This document shows positions 61,690 to 64,000 of a stretch of DNA of 64,000 bases, in pieces. This DNA is from an uncultured Pelagibacteraceae bacterium (GTDB taxonomy: Bacteria; Pseudomonadota; Alphaproteobacteria; Pelagibacterales; Pelagibacteraceae): assembly GCA_902551755.1 (NCBI GenBank), contig CACDEB010000001.1:121803-185802 (forward strand). Reading direction: 5' to 3'. The position numbers were made by a program, and so were the translations under genes. Numbering within the stretch: the first letter of the stretch is position 1; each line of letters begins with the position of its first letter. The notes beneath the pieces are model-generated. The model did no database searches. It was not told the DNA's origin and saw only the letters and a program-made list of their open reading frames with translations.

Positions 61690-62310
61690 TTAATTAATAG
61701 GTTTTCTTTTATAAATTTTTCTAAGCAAATTTTTTATTCCAAATTCTCTCGACTTTATTTTTTTCGATTTATTCAAATAATTTTCTTCATTTTTTGTAAT
61801 AATTGCATAGCCAGAGTCTCTGAAATAGAACTCTAAATCAAAATTTTTTTTATTCTGATTAAATATTTCAAGGATCTTTTTAAATGTTGATCTATTAATG
61901 TACTCACTAAATTCTTTATCTCTCTCCTGATTTTTAGAGTAAGGAAGCCAACTTATGTCGTCTATTATACAAATACCTCCTTTTTTTAAAAAACTATAAT
62001 AATGATAAAAAACTTTTTCTACATGATTTGGCTCATGTAAAGAATCTATAAAAATGAAGTCTAATTTATTTTTAATATATTTATCAACTTCTTGAAAATT
62101 ATCGTCGCTGGAATGGATAAACTTCCATCTATCACTTTTAACTACATCTGAACAATCTTTAATATCAACTGAAGTTAAAAAACCATTGTTTGACTCACAT
62201 AAATCAATAAATTTTTTTGTGGAATATCCCCTTTGAACTCCTAATTCTAATATTTGGATTCTCTCTATGTGCTGAATTTTTTTTATGATATAATCCAACT
62301 TATTTTTCAT
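61690..62310 (-). CDS. Class I SAM-dependent methyltransferase (Methyltransf_24-like)
   Basis: ILELGVQRGYST, SVDI, FIFIDSLH and IIDD. Confidence 0.8.
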   Translation of the reverse strand: MKNKLDYIIKKIQHIERIQILELGVQRGYSTKKFIDLCESNNGFLTSVDIKDCSDVVKSDRWKFIHSSDDNFQEVDKYIKNKLDFIFIDSLHEPNHVEKVFYHYYSFLKKGGICIIDDISWLPYSKNQERDKEFSEYINRSTFKKILEIFNQNKKNFDLEFYFRDSGYAIITKNEENYLNKSKKIKSREFGIKNLLRKIYKRKPIN

Positions 62311-62342
62311 ATTCAGTAAGATAGATCTCTTTTTAAAAAAAT

Positions 62343-64000
62343 TTATATAGCAGCTTGTTTAATGGACAATTTTACTTTTCCTCTATCAAAGCCGATAACT
62401 TTTACTTTAACCTCGTCCCCCTCTTTAACTACGTCAGTAACTTTAGCTACTCTCTTATCCGCAAGCTCTGAAATATGCACAAGACCATCTTGTTTTCCTA
62501 AGAAATTTACGAAGGCTCCGAACTCCATAATCTTCATAACTTTACCATTATAAATTTTATTAAGTTCAGCTTTTGCTGTTAAATCTTTGATCATTTGCAT
62601 AGCTTTGTTTCTAGAATCTTCATCTGGCGCTGCTACAGTTACTATCCCTTCATCATTAACATCTACTTTTGCTCCTGATTTTTCAACTATTTCCCTTATT
62701 GTGGCTCCACCTTTGCCAATAACAGTTGCAATATCTTTTTTATCAACTGTAATTTTTTCCATTTTTGGAGTGTGTTTACCCACGTTGTCTCTTGATTTGG
62801 CCAAAGCTTTATTCATCTCTCCTAAGATATGAATTCTACCATCTTTAGCTTGTTTCAGCGCTTGTTCCATAATCTCAAAAGTAATTCCTGTAATCTTGAT
62901 GTCCATTTGTAAAGAAGTAATTCCGTCTTTAGTTCCAGCTACTTTAAAATCCATATCCCCAAGATGATCTTCATCCCCAAGAATATCTGAGAGTACACTA
63001 AAATCATTTCCCTCTTTAATTAACCCCATTGCAATACCTGCTACTGGCTCCTTAATTGGAACTCCTGCATCCATTAAAGCTAGAGACGAACCACAAACTG
63101 TTGCCATTGAAGAGGATCCATTCGACTCAGTAATTTCAGAAACTATTCTAAAAGTATATGGAAAGCTTTCTTTAGAAGGTAATGAAGAGTTGATTGCTCT
63201 CCATGCTAATTTTCCATGACCTATTTCTCTTCTTCCAGTACCTATTCTACCAGTCTCACCAACAGAAAATGGTGGGAAATTGTAATGAAGCATAAATCTT
63301 TCCCTTTGTAGGCCATCCAAACTTTCAATTCTTTGTTCATCATCTGAAGTACCGAGTGTAGTAGTAACAATTGCCTGTGTTTCTCCTCTAGTAAATAGTG
63401 CTGAACCATGAACTCTTGGAAGTATTCCAACCTCACACATTATTGGCCTTACATCAGCAAGTCCTCTTCCATCAATTCTATTCTTGTTTTTTAAAATATC
63501 AGTTCTTACAATTCCTTTTTCAATATCTTTAAGCTCGTGCATAACATCCAGCTCTGTAAAGTTCTCATCCTCTTCATAAAGTTTTTTTGCTTTCTCTGTA
63601 ACCTCAGATATTAAATTTGATCTCTCTTGTTTGTCTTTAATTGAGAAGGCTTTTTTCAAGTCTTTAGTAAATTCACTCTCTAATTTTTTCTTTACAGATG
63701 ACAAATCTTTTTTCTCAACAACCCAGTCAGGTTTTTTACACTCCTTTGCTAAATCCTCGATCATTTTTATAACTGGTGTAAATCCCTCATGACCAAATTT
63801 GACAGCATCCAACATTTGTTGTTCTGTAAGGCCACTTGCTTCGGACTCTACCATTAAAACAGCGTCTTTCGTCCCTGCTACGACTAAGTCTAGTTTTGAA
63901 TTCTTTAAATCTTTTTTTGATGGATTTAAAACATATTTTCCATCTATAAAACCAACTCTTGACGCGCCAACTGGTCCTAAAAAAGGCATTCCCGAAATAG
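62343..64000 (-). CDS. pnp: Polyribonucleotide nucleotidyltransferase (partial, N-terminus beyond the window)
   Basis: [35 protein letters not shown] and S1 domains. Confidence 0.98.
   Translation of the reverse strand, partial: ISGMPFLGPVGASRVGFIDGKYVLNPSKKDLKNSKLDLVVAGTKDAVLMVESEASGLTEQQMLDAVKFGHEGFTPVIKMIEDLAKECKKPDWVVEKKDLSSVKKKLESEFTKDLKKAFSIKDKQERSNLISEVTEKAKKLYEEDENFTELDVMHELKDIEKGIVRTDILKNKNRIDGRGLADVRPIMCEVGILPRVHGSALFTRGETQAIVTTTLGTSDDEQRIESLDGLQRERFMLHYNFPPFSVGETGRIGTGRREIGHGKLAWRAINSSLPSKESFPYTFRIVSEITESNGSSSMATVCGSSLALMDAGVPIKEPVAGIAMGLIKEGNDFSVLSDILGDEDHLGDMDFKVAGTKDGITSLQMDIKITGITFEIMEQALKQAKDGRIHILGEMNKALAKSRDNVGKHTPKMEKITVDKKDIATVIGKGGATIREIVEKSGAKVDVNDEGIVTVAAPDEDSRNKAMQMIKDLTAKAELNKIYNGKVMKIMEFGAFVNFLGKQDGLVHISELADKRVAKVTDVVKEGDEVKVKVIGFDRGKVKLSIKQAAI

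Overview
A very AT-rich, tightly packed bacterial chromosome segment. Gene content, synteny (irr/fabA-fabB-fabI; dnaA-rpsT-mutM-ubiE-ubiB-coaBC-dut; gltD-gltB; helicase-fdxA-carD) and near-absent intergenic DNA suggest a SAR11/Pelagibacterales alphaproteobacterium (inference, no database search run). Most of the window is core genome: lepA, pheST, rplT, rpmI, infC, thrS, GOGAT, PDH, argH, lysA, dnaAN, ubiquinone/CoA genes, katG, fatty-acid synthesis and a partial pnp. There are three intact tRNAs (Ser-GGA, Arg-ACG, Leu-CAA). The first ~6.5 kb is an accessory surface-glycan cluster. Strongest finding: a 1602-bp integrase-less element inserted in tRNA-Ser, bounded by an 82-bp att-like direct repeat. 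It carries paired TGACG(A/C)CCA repeats with 11-bp spacing just inside both ends (candidate tyrosine-integrase arm sites) and three exported or membrane ORFan genes. Other notable items: a 23-aa protamine-like peptide gene with its own promoter, SD and terminator; a CarD with a Lys-rich N-terminal extension; a PDH whose lipoyl domain sits on E1 instead of E2; an 8-Cys microprotein behind Fur-like boxes; and an irr-katG-oxygenase-DUF2061 unit with three Irr-box-like sites. No CRISPR, rRNA, integrase or transposase was seen.
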